A stretch of DNA of 64,000 nucleotides. Origin: Fimbriimonadia bacterium (lineage in GTDB: Bacteria > Armatimonadota > Fimbriimonadia > Fimbriimonadales > JABRVX01). The translations under genes were made by a program, and so were the position numbers. The stretch's first letter is position 1. Each line of letters begins with the position of its first letter. Below, piece by piece: positions 7,897-19,060 of the stretch. The stretch lies in assembly GCA_041483895.1 (NCBI GenBank), contig JBGPGO010000011.1, forward strand, positions 1-64,000, read 5' to 3'. The notes beneath the pieces are model-generated. The model was given only the letters and a program-made list of their open reading frames with translations. It was not told where the DNA came from and made no database searches.

Positions 7897-10699
7897 ATCG
7901 AAATCCTTTGACATTTGGCGTGTTGGAGAGAACGATAAAGTCCGCCGTAAATGCCGTCGCATCCGAGATGCTGAGCTTATGGACGCCGACGGACAACGCC
8001 AACTCCCCGACTCGATATACGTCGCCGGCGGGACCGCTGAGTTTCCCGTTCGATACCGCTGCGTCGTCCAAGGTGATTTTTGGGAGGATCAGGTCTTGCC
8101 CACGGAGCGCCCGGACGTAGAGGACATACGAGCCGGGCTGTTCGATTTCAAACCGGGTTGCAATGGACTGCCCGTCGTCAACCATCTGACCGGTTGTCCC
8201 CGCGCCTGGGCTGCAATCCGCGCGATTGATAGGCTGGGAACTTCCGAGATCGACGAACTTCTCACATTGCAACAGCAGGTCCAAAGCGGTATCCGTTGTC
8301 GGAACGACGGTGACCAAACCCGGCTCGACCGTGATCGAGCGGGCCACCGTCTGTCCCGGCAATGCGACGTCCATCTTCATCTGCGACGCCGTGGAGTTGT
8401 AGAAGACCGCTTTATCTCCCGCCAGCGAGGTGTACACACCATCCCTGCGATCGTCCACTCGCGGCGCGTTTGCCCGCGCCGGATCCAATTCGGAGAGGCG
8501 ATAGATCAACACCCTGGCGATCGCAAGGTAGTCGCTCAGGCGGGTCTTCGTGTTTGGGAAAAACACGGTCATGCCGTTGCCAACCTTTGCGATCCATTGG
8601 TCGCGGACGAGTTTGGCATCGGCGGCGGCAACAAAAGCGCCGACGAGCGGCACGGGTTTCGCTGACGAGTCCGCTCGGCGTACGATGAGATGGCGAATGC
8701 CGATCCCGATCACCCGATCATCGGTTGAGCCATCGACGACTTCCGAATATTTCCAGGTTTCCGATTCGAGGGTCAGACGGGCGGCCGAACGCGTAATCCA
8801 CGAGGCAGGGATAACAAAACGGTAGATGGAGTCGCCGCTCCGGGTCAGCTTGCCGACCAACCGTCCGTCGAAAAGCAGCTTGCGATCGAATCCTTGGGCG
8901 TGTTCCGGGACATGCGCCCGCAGCGTCAGCGAGTAGTCTTGGCCGGGCCGCAATGCCAGATGAATCGATGCGGTTTTTCCCGCGTACCGGAGAGGCACTC
9001 CACTATCGGCAGGTTCCGGTTCCAACCAGTCGCCTTCCAGCAGCCATTCCGACGTTCCGTCGCTTGGATCGATCTCGTAGGCGTCCGGGATTTTGCCTTC
9101 AAAGCGTTCGGGCAGGCTGCCGGGACCGGTTTTTCCGGCCTGAGGGAACAGCCTGGCGAAGCTGTCCGACCTCCCCTCCGATGAAGCCATCTTGCCAAAA
9201 TCGTATGCGGAAAGCACTCCGCCCGCCTTGACCCAGGCCTCAATCTCGTTCAGGGTCGCTTGCTCCCATGCGACACCTTCACACAAAATAGCAATTCGAT
9301 AGTTGGACAGCGCACCGGCCTGAATCAGTCGCTCGTCCAGAACATCGAAATCCGCATAATCGCGCAGTTGGGTGGCAAGCTGCATGTAAACGGAGGGCGC
9401 GGGAGCTTCGTTTTTCAGCAGTTGGGTGGTGGTCGGATAGATCAGCGCGACATCGGTCTGGGGCGTTCCGACCGTCAGATAGCGCGTAAGCCGGTCCACA
9501 TCCACGGAATAGTCCCGCCAGTTTTCGGACCATTCTGAGTATCCAATCGCCCCGAGGGAGAGCGCTTCCGCCAAGCGCTCGTTGAACCCTTCCCGATCGC
9601 CGGGGGCGGCCGATTGGAGCCAAAGCGGCGTTTTGTACCATCGAGATGCGGCGCGGGCCAGGCCGAATCCAAGAGCATGGTCTTTGGCGAAGGTGTCGTA
9701 TCCGCCGTTCGTTATGAGCACGTTCGCCCCATGTTTTCCCGCCATCTCGATGAGGCCGGAGATGTCCGTTCCGTACTTCAAGTTGTCATCGGGCGGTCCG
9801 ACCGGAAGGAGGAGCAGAGCGTTCGGGTAGGCGCTCTTGGCGGCCTCGATATTGCGCACCGCCATATTGGTAACGCCTATCCTGTACCAGTTGGCAAAAT
9901 CCAGCCGGGCCCGTTGGCTGAAGTCCGGACCGATTGGAAACGGGATATCTTCTTCAGATTTTGTTTCGACTCCCCATGCGGCGTTCAGCTTTTCTAGCGA
10001 CCCATACTTTTGAAAAACGGCCTGCCGGAAGTTTTCTTTGGCAGCGAGATCGCCGCACCAGAATTCCGGCCCGGTGAGCTTGACGCCGATCGTGTTCAGC
10101 CACTGTGCCTGCATCTCGTCCGAGAGATCGGCGACGTCACCGGGCAGGCCCGCATCGCCATACGCGCCGTGGACCCCCACGACGACGACCGGGACGGTTC
10201 CAAACTGCCGCGCAGAAGCGCTCCAAATCCGATCGGCGAAGGTTCCCGAGGCCGCGCTCCACGGCGACAGGCCGGGCACAACCGTGACGCCATCGAGGCT
10301 GGTTAGGAAGTCCGCCTTGAATCGGGGGCGCTGCCAGGCGGGCGGGAAGGCGGTATGGAGCATGAGGCCCCACGAGGCATCGGTCCGACCTGCCGCATCC
10401 CTCTCCGCTACGGCTCGCGTCCAATTCCATCGGTTCTCGGCGACCTCGGGAGTGGTCAGCGGGTCGGTGCGGCTCAGGAACAGGTCGACCCCTTCCGCGT
10501 TGAGCGCCGCCAGATCGGTGGTGACCGTCGCGTTGGATGCCAGCGCCATGCGGCTTCCCGGCGATCGGTGCGCTGCATAGGGATTTTGGGCGGCGGTCGC
10601 TTTGGGGAGCTGCTCGAAAACCCGCACCAACTTTGACGGGTCGACCGAGTCGACCGCGCAGAGTGAAAGCCAGGTTCCGAGGATTATGCTCACGCACAT
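7883..10699 (-). CDS. Secreted GH42-like glycoside hydrolase with trimerisation and beta-sandwich domains
   Basis: FQKYGSLEKLNAAWG, LDFANWY, DVALIYP, FDVLDE motifs; signal peptide. Confidence 0.7.
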   Translation of the reverse strand: MCVSIILGTWLSLCAVDSVDPSKLVRVFEQLPKATAAQNPYAAHRSPGSRMALASNATVTTDLAALNAEGVDLFLSRTDPLTTPEVAENRWNWTRAVAERDAAGRTDASWGLMLHTAFPPAWQRPRFKADFLTSLDGVTVVPGLSPWSAASGTFADRIWSASARQFGTVPVVVVGVHGAYGDAGLPGDVADLSDEMQAQWLNTIGVKLTGPEFWCGDLAAKENFRQAVFQKYGSLEKLNAAWGVETKSEEDIPFPIGPDFSQRARLDFANWYRIGVTNMAVRNIEAAKSAYPNALLLLPVGPPDDNLKYGTDISGLIEMAGKHGANVLITNGGYDTFAKDHALGFGLARAASRWYKTPLWLQSAAPGDREGFNERLAEALSLGAIGYSEWSENWRDYSVDVDRLTRYLTVGTPQTDVALIYPTTTQLLKNEAPAPSVYMQLATQLRDYADFDVLDERLIQAGALSNYRIAILCEGVAWEQATLNEIEAWVKAGGVLSAYDFGKMASSEGRSDSFARLFPQAGKTGPGSLPERFEGKIPDAYEIDPSDGTSEWLLEGDWLEPEPADSGVPLRYAGKTASIHLALRPGQDYSLTLRAHVPEHAQGFDRKLLFDGRLVGKLTRSGDSIYRFVIPASWITRSAARLTLESETWKYSEVVDGSTDDRVIGIGIRHLIVRRADSSAKPVPLVGAFVAAADAKLVRDQWIAKVGNGMTVFFPNTKTRLSDYLAIARVLIYRLSELDPARANAPRVDDRRDGVYTSLAGDKAVFYNSTASQMKMDVALPGQTVARSITVEPGLVTVVPTTDTALDLLLQCEKFVDLGSSQPINRADCSPGAGTTGQMVDDGQSIATRFEIEQPGSYVLYVRALRGQDLILPKITLDDAAVSNGKLSGPAGDVYRVGELALSVGVHKLSISDATAFTADFIVLSNTPNVKGFRFGTK

Positions 10700-10803
10700 A
10701 AAGATGGATCTCCCAATAAGACACTATTTGGACGGGTTCTTGCGTCCTTCGTGTCGTTTTGTTCCCCTTCCTTGCGCCGATGTGCGACAATTGGACCGCT
10801 CAG

Positions 10804-12354
10804 ATGTCCCATTTAGCTTTGTACCGCAAGTATCGCCCGGACTCCTTCGCGGAGGTTGCCGGGCAGGAACACATTACCCGAGCGCTTGGCAACGCCATCG
10901 ATCGTGGCACGTTTGTGCACGCCTATCTGTTTTCCGGTCCAAGAGGCTGTGGGAAGACCTCGACGGCCCGGCTGGTCGCGCAGGCTCTCAATTGCGAGCA
11001 AGGCCCTACCTCGACGCCTTGTGGCACGTGCCGATTTTGCACCTCTATTCGCACGGGGCAATGCATTGACGTGATCGAAATGGACGCGGCCTCACAAACC
11101 GGCATTGACGACATTCGCGAAGCGGTTATCGAAAACGCCATCTATGCGCCGATGGAGGCCCGGTTCAAGGTCTATATCATCGATGAAGTTCACGATCTTT
11201 CCAGCAAGGCGTTTGACGCCCTGCTCAAGACCATCGAAGAGCCGCCGGCCCACGTGCTGTTCATCCTCGCCACCACCGAACTGGGCAAGGTGCCCCTAAC
11301 GGTTCGGAGCCGGTGCCAGAAGCATGAATTCCGCCGCGGGTCGCTGCCGGATTTGGTCAAGCGGCTGGAGACTGTTGTACAGCGCGAAGGTTGGACGGCA
11401 GAACCCGGCGCGCTGGGGGCCGTGGCTCGCATGGCGGACGGCGGATATCGGGACGCGCTGTCGCTTTTGGAGCAGGTTGCGGGGTCGGGCTCGGGGCTGG
11501 TTACGCTGGCTGACGTGAACGAGACGCTTGGGCTGGTCCCGGATGATTTGACGAACTCGCTGCTTCGGGCGTTGTCGGATCACGACGGCGGCAAGACCTT
11601 GGCGCTGATCGACGAGGCGATGCTCTCTGGGCGAGAGCCTCGGGCGGTGTTGGAGTCCCTGATTCATAAGGCGAGCGAGTTGACGCGGCTGGTTCATGGG
11701 GCGGAGATTGGCACGATTGAGCCGGACCGGCGGGCGCTCTTGCACGAGTTGGCAACCTACGTCGGCAAGGAGAACCTGGCGCGATTTGGACTGGGGCTTG
11801 CGGAGGCGCATGCAAAGCTTCGCACGTCCGGTCTGCCGCGGCTCTGGCTTGAGATCGCGCTGCTGGGGCTGACTGAGAAGCCAGCGGAGGTTGTTGGCAA
11901 GGCGGCGCCGGTGAAGACCGCAGAGCCGTCGAAGCCGGAGCCGATTGCGAAGGTCGCGGCGGTTGAGCTGCCCGTTGATCCGGAGTTGGCGGACATGGAG
12001 CGGGCCTGGCGACAGACGATCGAGAATATCATTGCGCGCGGTTCCAAGAGCGCGGAGGAGATGCTTGGGACTTCCCGGGTCATCAGGATGTTGGAAGGGA
12101 CGATTACGATCGAGCTGGCGAGTCAATTCATGTATGCAAAGCTGGAGGACCCAAACGGCAGGACGCACCGAGAATTGCAGACCAACTTCCGCTCGACGAT
12201 CGGCGATGATAAATGGAGCCTTGCTTACCGGCTGCGATCCGGCGACGGTCCCGCTGGGGAAGAGCCGGCCAAGGTCCCGATGCCGCTGGAGGGAGAAGAA
12301 TTGGAAAAGGCCATCGAAGAGATGGGCGGAGAACGAATTAGCAACAGCAAGTAA
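10804..12354 (+). CDS. dnaX: DNA polymerase III subunit gamma/tau
   Basis: ALYRKYRP, GPRGCGKTS, Zn motif, IIDEVH, SRC. Confidence 0.97.
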   Translation: MSHLALYRKYRPDSFAEVAGQEHITRALGNAIDRGTFVHAYLFSGPRGCGKTSTARLVAQALNCEQGPTSTPCGTCRFCTSIRTGQCIDVIEMDAASQTGIDDIREAVIENAIYAPMEARFKVYIIDEVHDLSSKAFDALLKTIEEPPAHVLFILATTELGKVPLTVRSRCQKHEFRRGSLPDLVKRLETVVQREGWTAEPGALGAVARMADGGYRDALSLLEQVAGSGSGLVTLADVNETLGLVPDDLTNSLLRALSDHDGGKTLALIDEAMLSGREPRAVLESLIHKASELTRLVHGAEIGTIEPDRRALLHELATYVGKENLARFGLGLAEAHAKLRTSGLPRLWLEIALLGLTEKPAEVVGKAAPVKTAEPSKPEPIAKVAAVELPVDPELADMERAWRQTIENIIARGSKSAEEMLGTSRVIRMLEGTITIELASQFMYAKLEDPNGRTHRELQTNFRSTIGDDKWSLAYRLRSGDGPAGEEPAKVPMPLEGEELEKAIEEMGGERISNSK

Positions 12355-12364
12355 GGAGAGAGCG

Positions 12365-12700
12365 ATGAAGATACCCAAGATACCGGGGATGAACATGATG
12401 AAGCAGCTTCAGGATGTGATGGACCGGGCGCAGGCGTTGGAGGCGGAGCTAGCGAACGACCGCCTGGACGTGACGGCCGGCGGCGGCGCGATCAAAGCCA
12501 CTTTCAGCGGAACCGCCGAGTTGGTGGATATCAAGATCAGCAAGGATGTGGTCGATCCGGAAGATATCGAGATGCTGGAAGACCTGATCAAGAGTGTCGT
12601 CCGCGAGGGGAACGAGAAGGCGCTCGAGCTGCGGCAAAAGAAGACCGCGGAGATTCAATCCCTGATGCCGAATATCCCCGGCATGAAAATGCCCTTCTAA
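12365..12700 (+). CDS. ybaB: YbaB/EbfC nucleoid-associated protein
   Basis: AGGGAIK...VVDPEDIEMLEDLI; dnaX-ybaB-recR synteny. Confidence 0.95.
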   Translation: MKIPKIPGMNMMKQLQDVMDRAQALEAELANDRLDVTAGGGAIKATFSGTAELVDIKISKDVVDPEDIEMLEDLIKSVVREGNEKALELRQKKTAEIQSLMPNIPGMKMPF

Positions 12701-13297
12701 ATGCTGTTTCCGCGTTCGCTGGCTAATTTGATAGGCGAGTTGGAGAAGCTGCCTGGCGTGGGGCCGAAGTCGGCGCAACGGCTCGCCTTCCATCTCTTGC
12801 GGACCTCGGAGGAGACCGCGCTTCGGCTTGCGGACGCCATTCGGGCAGCCCGGGAACACGTACATTTTTGCCGACATTGCTTCTATGTTTCGGACGAAGA
12901 CCTGTGCCCAATCTGTGTGGATGCCAAACGGGATCCGAAGCTGATTTGCGCGGTTGCCGACGTGCGGGACGTATCCTCGATGGAACGGACCAATGAGTTT
13001 CGCGGGCTCTACCACGTGCTGCACGGCCTGATCTCTCCCATGGATGGAGTCGGTTCCAGCGATCTCAAGATCGATGAGCTGGTTGCCCGGTGCAAGAGCG
13101 AGGATGTAACAGAGGTTATCATCGCCACGAATCCAACCGTCGAGGGGGACGCAACCGGCATGTATATTGCACGACTATTAAAGCCGCTTGGGGTGAAGGT
13201 GACCCGGCTTGCATACGGAATGCCCGTAGGCGGCGATTTGGACTATGCGGACCAGGCTACGTTGGTCTCCGCCCTACAATGGCGACGCGACCTGTGA
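12701..13297 (+). CDS. recR: Recombination mediator RecR
   Basis: LPGVGPKSAQRLAF, C4 zinc finger, ATNPTVEGDAT, GGDLDYAD. Confidence 0.97.
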   Translation: MLFPRSLANLIGELEKLPGVGPKSAQRLAFHLLRTSEETALRLADAIRAAREHVHFCRHCFYVSDEDLCPICVDAKRDPKLICAVADVRDVSSMERTNEFRGLYHVLHGLISPMDGVGSSDLKIDELVARCKSEDVTEVIIATNPTVEGDATGMYIARLLKPLGVKVTRLAYGMPVGGDLDYADQATLVSALQWRRDL

Positions 13298-13360
13298 TAT
13301 ATTGTAGGGGGTAAGAACGCCGCATCCGTTTGGAACTGCTATCTTTTCGGGGAGTTTAGA

Positions 13361-14962
13361 ATGCAAAAGAGAATTCTCGGCCTATTGGCAATATTGCCAT
13401 CCGTCCTCTTTGCGGGACCGACCTTCAATCTTCCGACCATGCCCACGTCGGGATATGTTCCCGATCGCGTACTGATTCGGTTCAAGCAAACGCCGACGCT
13501 GGAACAGTTTCGATCCATCGTCCAGCCTATCGGCGATTGCGAGTTTACGATCCCACAGCTGGCGGTGCATGCGATTCGGATCGGCACCGGCCAGAACCCG
13601 CTCGCGCTTGCCAAGCAGTTGGAAAAGAATCCGGCAATCGAATATGCCGAGCCTGACTACTATTTGCAGCTTGCCTACACTCCGAATGACCCGCTGTATA
13701 GCAATCAGTGGGATAAGCCAATGATCAACGCCCCGGAGGCATGGGACTATACCAAAGGCGATCCGAACACCATCATCGCAGTCTTGGATTCGGGCTATCG
13801 GCTCGATCATGAAGATTTGCAAGGACAGCTCGCCAATTACTGGAATGTCGTTTTGAACAACAATGACGTTCACGACGATCTCGGCCATGGAACGCTGGTA
13901 TTTGGCATGGCCGGCGCGATCATGGATAACAACTTGGGGCTTGCCGGCCTTGCTCCGAAATGCAGGTTCTTGATGGTCAAGATCACGTCGGGCGGCGGCG
14001 CGACGGATTCCGCCTCCGCGGCCGGTATGACCTGGGCGGCAGACCATGGCGCGCGTGTCGTCAACTTCAGCCTGGCAGGCCCGTCCGGCAGCACGACGCT
14101 GCAGAATGGCGTTACCTACCTTCGGAACGCCGGGGTAGTGTTTGTAGTAGCAGCCGGAAACAACAACAACACTTCAGCCACGTATCCAGGAATCTATACC
14201 CACTCCATCGCCGTCGCCGAGTCGAACGACCAGGACAATCGCGGCTATCAGTCCACATATGGGACTTGGGTGGAGGTCGCGGCGCCAGGGCAAAATGTGT
14301 GGTCCACAAATTGGGACAGCTATTCCGACTACCAGCCTAGGACGGGAACGAGCTACGCAGCACCCTTGGTTACCGCCGAGGCGGGGTTGATCTACGGCAT
14401 CATCGCCGATCCGGGTGAACGGACGACGGCGCTGGCGGACGAGGTTCGGAACATTATTCAGAGCAACTGTGTGGCAAAAAGCTTCGTTGCGTACGGCCGC
14501 GTTGATGTTGGCGCCGCAATTCGCAATTCATACGCCACGGTCAGCGGTCATATCGACCTCGATGTATGGCAGGGTGGTTCGAACGGCGTGCAAATCAAGC
14601 TGGATTTGCGCCAGCCCGGCACGCAGACTGTTGTCCAGAGTCGAACGGCAGTGTTAGACGCCACCGGTAACTACAGCGTCCGATTCACGAAAGCGGGGAC
14701 ATTCGACTTGGTGGCCAGTGGACCGGTGTGGTTGAACGCGGGAGCCGCCTCGATATCGCTAGCGCGCGGAATGAACAGCCAGAATTTCTCCTTGATCAGC
14801 GGCGATATTACTCGCGACAACGCCATCAATACGATCGACATCAATCAGATATTTGTCTTTTTCGGCACAGTGGCGCCGGGAAGCGACATCGATGGCGACG
14901 GGCTCGTAGACCTGGCGGACCTCTCGACGCTCTTTATCAATTACGGTCTTACCGGTTTCTAG
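13361..14962 (+). CDS. S8 subtilisin-like (thermitase-type) serine peptidase with C-terminal dockerin-like domain
   Basis: Catalytic D (VLDSG), H (GHGT), S (GTSYAAP), AAGN; C-terminus [13 protein letters not shown]...[13 protein letters not shown]. Confidence 0.93.
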   Translation: MQKRILGLLAILPSVLFAGPTFNLPTMPTSGYVPDRVLIRFKQTPTLEQFRSIVQPIGDCEFTIPQLAVHAIRIGTGQNPLALAKQLEKNPAIEYAEPDYYLQLAYTPNDPLYSNQWDKPMINAPEAWDYTKGDPNTIIAVLDSGYRLDHEDLQGQLANYWNVVLNNNDVHDDLGHGTLVFGMAGAIMDNNLGLAGLAPKCRFLMVKITSGGGATDSASAAGMTWAADHGARVVNFSLAGPSGSTTLQNGVTYLRNAGVVFVVAAGNNNNTSATYPGIYTHSIAVAESNDQDNRGYQSTYGTWVEVAAPGQNVWSTNWDSYSDYQPRTGTSYAAPLVTAEAGLIYGIIADPGERTTALADEVRNIIQSNCVAKSFVAYGRVDVGAAIRNSYATVSGHIDLDVWQGGSNGVQIKLDLRQPGTQTVVQSRTAVLDATGNYSVRFTKAGTFDLVASGPVWLNAGAASISLARGMNSQNFSLISGDITRDNAINTIDINQIFVFFGTVAPGSDIDGDGLVDLADLSTLFINYGLTGF

Positions 14963-15606
14963 CCGGTCAGAAGGGGCGGCTGGCCGTCGTTTGGCGGCTT
15001 GGATCGCGATCGTCTGCCGCCTGGTTGTTTTTTTCTCGGTGCGTCGGGAAGCTCATGGCAATTCCGGCACCGGGCCTCGTAACTTTCCGCCGCACCCACA
15101 AGGACGACGGGGTCGTTGTATGAGGCCGGCTTTCCATCGACGAGGCGTTGCGTGTGGCTGGCCGTTTGCCCGCACCGGACACAGATCGCGCGCAGCTTGA
15201 CGACTTCGTCCGCTATTGTAAGCAGCGCCGGCATCGGTCCGAATGGCTCCCGACGAAAGTCCTGATCGAGACCGGCAATGAGCACGATCATGCCCTTGTC
15301 GGCCAGTTCTTGGCAGAATCGCGGCAGGGCTGAGTCGAAGAACTGCGCCTCCTCGATTGCCAACACTTCGGTGTCCATGCGCAGAAGGCTTCGAATATCA
15401 TCGGTCGCGGTGACCGGGACGGCGGTGAGGGTGACACCTTCGTGCGTCGCGATCTCGCCCTCCGCGTACCTGCTGTCGTAGGAATGCTTGAAGACTTGTA
15501 CCTTTTTATGCGCGTACATGCTTCTTCGAATCAGACGGATTAATTCTTCCGATTTCCCGGCGAACATTCCGCCGCAGATCAAGGTGATAGATCCGAGCCG
15601 TTTCAT
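14959..15606 (-). CDS. tdk: Thymidine kinase
   Basis: [38 protein letters not shown]. Confidence 0.96.
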   Translation of the reverse strand: MKRLGSITLICGGMFAGKSEELIRLIRRSMYAHKKVQVFKHSYDSRYAEGEIATHEGVTLTAVPVTATDDIRSLLRMDTEVLAIEEAQFFDSALPRFCQELADKGMIVLIAGLDQDFRREPFGPMPALLTIADEVVKLRAICVRCGQTASHTQRLVDGKPASYNDPVVLVGAAESYEARCRNCHELPDAPRKKQPGGRRSRSKPPNDGQPPLLTG

Positions 15607-16649
15607 CCCTCGCCCTTTTCCGCCAACTCGTCTTGTATTCTCTTTTCCCACAGCTCTCGCGCCCATTTGCGCATGTCGGCCACGTTGTCAAACTCGTCCA
15701 CAATCTCCAGTCCGAGAAGGGTTTCGATTGCATCTTCCAATGTGACGATGCCGGATGTGCCCCCATATTCGTCCACAACGAGAGCCATGTGCCCACGGCG
15801 AGCCATGAATTCATAAAGCAGCGCTCGAACGGTTTTGGACTCCGGAACGACATCGATCGAGTGCTTCATGGACGACAGCAATCGAGCGCCTTCTCCGCGG
15901 GCCATCGCCTCGAAGATTTGGAAGCGAAGGACGAAGCCCGTGACTTCGTCAACGTCGTTGGTAAATATCGGCAGCCGCGAGAAACGGAGGGGTGCTTCAT
16001 TCATTACAATGTCTTCGCAAGTTCGATCTTGCTGGAAGGCGATCATGACGGACCGGGGAGTTAGGATGTCGTTGACTCGGATTTCATCCAGTCGGAGCAC
16101 GTTGCGGATGATTTGCGTTTCCCGTTCGTGGAGGGTGCCCCCTTTGCCACCCATCTCGGCAATGACCATGACCTCCTCCCTTGTGACGGTGGCATCCCCG
16201 CCTCTTCGAGAAATAATCTGTGAAATGGCTTCCAAGCTGACGACGATCGGATAGGTTACGAAAATGAGAAATTGGATCGTGTAGGCTGCGATCGGCGCAA
16301 GCTTTCTCCAGAACGCCGCACCCAGGGTCTTGGGGATAATCTCTGCGACGACCAGAATCAACAGGGTCATGATGCCGGAACCCAAGCCGACATATTTGCT
16401 CCCGTAGTCAGTGGCGACGGCAGCGCCGACCCCCGCGGCGCCCACGGTATGCGAGATCGTGTTGATCGTCAGTATGGCGGCGAGGGAGCGATCGATTCGT
16501 TGCTTTAGCCGTGCCAAGAGATCGGCGCTCTTTGCCCCAATCTTGCTTTGCATGGCAATGTAGGAAGGCGAAACGGAAAGAATGACCGATTCGAGAACCG
16601 AGCTGATGAACGACATTCCAAGGGCAAAGCTCAAATAGATCCAGAGCAT
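15603..16649 (-). CDS. CNNM/DUF21 + CBS membrane protein (HlyC/CorC family)
   Basis: [34 protein letters not shown]. Confidence 0.93.
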   Translation of the reverse strand: MLWIYLSFALGMSFISSVLESVILSVSPSYIAMQSKIGAKSADLLARLKQRIDRSLAAILTINTISHTVGAAGVGAAVATDYGSKYVGLGSGIMTLLILVVAEIIPKTLGAAFWRKLAPIAAYTIQFLIFVTYPIVVSLEAISQIISRRGGDATVTREEVMVIAEMGGKGGTLHERETQIIRNVLRLDEIRVNDILTPRSVMIAFQQDRTCEDIVMNEAPLRFSRLPIFTNDVDEVTGFVLRFQIFEAMARGEGARLLSSMKHSIDVVPESKTVRALLYEFMARRGHMALVVDEYGGTSGIVTLEDAIETLLGLEIVDEFDNVADMRKWARELWEKRIQDELAEKGEG

Positions 16650-16675
16650 GTCTTTGGCTACGTTACCATGGACGG

Positions 16676-17467
16676 CTAGGTATCCGTTGGGACGTGGTCC
16701 CAATCCTTCTCGTAGCCGCAGAGCCAATTGAACGCCCGATGGCGCTCCATCGCGATGGATTGAATGTGAAGGAATTCCTCCTGGGTGAGGTCGCGATAGG
16801 GTTTGCCTAGAGCTGGGAAATCGTCGCCGATCGGCTTTGGCACGTCGCCATGGGCGTTCGCGACATGAACTGTCTTTCGGATTATTCGCTCGAATGTGTA
16901 TCCGCCTGAGGGCTTTCTCCCCATCTGTATCAGTTGGGTTGTTCTTGCCCGCCAGTGCCAAAGTTCGGCTATATCCCTTGCGTTGATAATTTCGGTTTGC
17001 GGCCTGAGGACCATGAGCGATGCGGGCTCCTCCATATTGAAGGATGGCTTGCTTTCCACGTCGTACGGCCGGATGGTCTGCTCCAACGACAGGGCCCAAC
17101 GCAAAATGGCGAGGGATTCGGTTCGCCACGAGCAGTCGATGGTGTCTTGATGTGATATTGTGCCGATGGGCGATGCGATGATTCGGCGCTCTTCTCGGGA
17201 GAAATTTTCGCTGTCCAGGGATTGCTGCATGGTCTCCCATGCTGCAAGCCGTTCGTTGGTATCTCTTTCCGGCATTTCGAGTTGGAGGCGCTGCAAGAGG
17301 GTTGCAAGACAATTGGCACGCGCGATGACCGCCTCTCTCGTTGGGATTGGGTTCTTGGGTCCGAACTCCTTGACGGATCTGGTCTTCGGCACGAAGCGAA
17401 TTTGGAATGCGAGCGCTATTCCGATGACGAGGATGACGAGGAATGCCGCGCAAAGGTAGTAGCTCAT
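16676..17467 (-). CDS. DUF4272-like protein
   Basis: WRTESLAILRWAL, ERHRAFNWL, WDHVPTDT terminus. Confidence 0.8.
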   Translation of the reverse strand: MSYYLCAAFLVILVIGIALAFQIRFVPKTRSVKEFGPKNPIPTREAVIARANCLATLLQRLQLEMPERDTNERLAAWETMQQSLDSENFSREERRIIASPIGTISHQDTIDCSWRTESLAILRWALSLEQTIRPYDVESKPSFNMEEPASLMVLRPQTEIINARDIAELWHWRARTTQLIQMGRKPSGGYTFERIIRKTVHVANAHGDVPKPIGDDFPALGKPYRDLTQEEFLHIQSIAMERHRAFNWLCGYEKDWDHVPTDT

Positions 17468-17757
17468 CCGGGAAAGTTTTCGATGGCCTTTCGGAGTTCC
17501 TTCACCGATTGCTCCATCCAGTCGGCGCCGCGGTTTGCTGCAATTTTGAACCAGAGCCTTGGTTTGGCCGGCCAATAGGTTAGTTCGAGCGTGCCTTTGG
17601 CTGAGCCATGCCTTAGATGCCAGTGAACGCAGCCGGGATATTTGGCGAGGTCCCCCTTGGACGTGATCGTCAGGCCGGTGGCAGCGAGGCAGCGATCGAT
17701 GTGGTCTATGAGAAACGTTTCGCTTGACGACGGGATTGGAAGGTCGATCTCGATCAA
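17464..17757 (-). CDS. Hypothetical protein
   Basis: 4-bp overlaps with both neighbours; YPGCVHWH...GTLELTYW. Confidence 0.75.
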   Translation of the reverse strand: MIEIDLPIPSSSETFLIDHIDRCLAATGLTITSKGDLAKYPGCVHWHLRHGSAKGTLELTYWPAKPRLWFKIAANRGADWMEQSVKELRKAIENFPG

Positions 17758-18266
17758 TCTTTCTTCTTGACGATTCCCCAGAGTCCGATGCGGGTGCCGT
17801 TTGGCGAGCGGAACAAACCGGTGTACAAGGTTGAGCCTTCGCCATCGGGCGCCGGTCTGGCCTCAAATCGGATGCCCCGGCGTTCCAACTCCTGGGAGGT
17901 TTCGACGATGTTGTCGATCATGAACTCAACCTTGATGGAGTCCTTGGGTGTCGCCGGGCGGTCAGGGGAGCTGGGGACCACGCTGAGAAAAAACTCCTTT
18001 TTTGGGCCGTTCACCATCGCGTATTCTTCCGAAAGGGCGTTACATTCGAGGCCAAGAATGTCGATGTAGAACCCGATTTCGGCGGCGAAATCGTCGACGA
18101 CGTACTCGGCCGTTTGGTTCCAGCATTCTCCCCAGGTGAAGGCGAACGGATGGGCGCTCTCCTTCCACAGCCGATCCCAGTCCTCGCGGGACTTTGCCTC
18201 CCGAGCGACGATAAGGCGCTCTTCCCCATATTCTTTCGCGGATTTCGATCCGGCAATTGTGCTCAT
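17754..18266 (-). CDS. VOC/glyoxalase family protein
   Basis: FYIDILGL...LERRGIRF...FRSPNGTRIGLW. Confidence 0.8.
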   Translation of the reverse strand: MSTIAGSKSAKEYGEERLIVAREAKSREDWDRLWKESAHPFAFTWGECWNQTAEYVVDDFAAEIGFYIDILGLECNALSEEYAMVNGPKKEFFLSVVPSSPDRPATPKDSIKVEFMIDNIVETSQELERRGIRFEARPAPDGEGSTLYTGLFRSPNGTRIGLWGIVKKKD

Positions 18267-18304
18267 GTTCCTTCCTCCCTGCTGGTCTCCATTTTATCAC
18301 GACC

Positions 18305-19054
18305 TTATCCGACCATCCTCAATTGCGACTGACGATTGCCACTTTCGAGCGGCACGGGATATTCATCCCAAGTGCGACCGTCCAAATCTCGCCCAGTTCT
18401 GCTCTTTATGACGCCACCCCATTGTTTGAAGAAAAACGCGACCCTTTGGTCAAGGCATTGGTCGCGTATATCGCGAACCCAATCGGCATTCATCGGCCTG
18501 GCCTTCGGGCCTGATTCGCCGCCCACGATGACCCAATCAATGCCTGTAAAGTTCAGACCTTTCAGCGGCCCAATGAGCGGTTCGATAGATAGGAATTTGA
18601 CCCTGGCGGCCGAGCGCCGCAAATGGTCAATTCGTTCGATGACCCTCTGATCCTCGATGCTTACTCCCATCCAAATATGGTCTGCCCATTCAAGGTGCGG
18701 GCTCAATTCTTCTAGTCTCTCGGCCCGCTTTGTCAGCAATTGGTATTGGTGCCAGTCGGCTTTGTTCATCGTGCTAAAGACGCGCTCGATGAATTCAATC
18801 GGGATGTTCTCATGGAAAAGGTCGCTCATCGAATTTACGAAGATGCGTTGCGGGCGCTTCCACCGCAGCGGAAGTTCGAGCATGTGCTCGTGCAGGGTCA
18901 ATTTGAAGCCGTTTCGGTAGTTGTTTTGGCCCATCGCTTTGAGGCGCTTTGCCATTCGCTCGGCGTAGCAGTGTTTACACCCGGCGCTGATCTTTGTGCA
19001 GCCCGTCACGGGGTTCCACGTGGCGTCCGTCCATTCTATGTGGGATTCAGCCAT
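18305..19054 (-). CDS. DUF5131 (phage Gp37/Gp68-like) three-Cys radical-SAM-like protein
   Basis: [53 protein letters not shown]. Confidence 0.93.
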   Translation of the reverse strand: MAESHIEWTDATWNPVTGCTKISAGCKHCYAERMAKRLKAMGQNNYRNGFKLTLHEHMLELPLRWKRPQRIFVNSMSDLFHENIPIEFIERVFSTMNKADWHQYQLLTKRAERLEELSPHLEWADHIWMGVSIEDQRVIERIDHLRRSAARVKFLSIEPLIGPLKGLNFTGIDWVIVGGESGPKARPMNADWVRDIRDQCLDQRVAFFFKQWGGVIKSRTGRDLDGRTWDEYPVPLESGNRQSQLRMVG

Positions 19055-19060
19055 GATTAC

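Noticed and set aside
10700..10803. SRP RNA (ffs) or a tRNA upstream of dnaX
   Set aside because: No SRP domain IV motif or cloverleaf is recognisable in this short divergent intergenic region.
16650..17453. 616-aa extended version of the CNNM gene
   Set aside because: The extension overlaps the DUF4272-like gene in another frame and is not protein-like. The real start is MLWIYLS at 16649.
18305..19054. Prophage
   Set aside because: Only one phage-associated family gene is present, with no structural, integrase or replication genes nearby.
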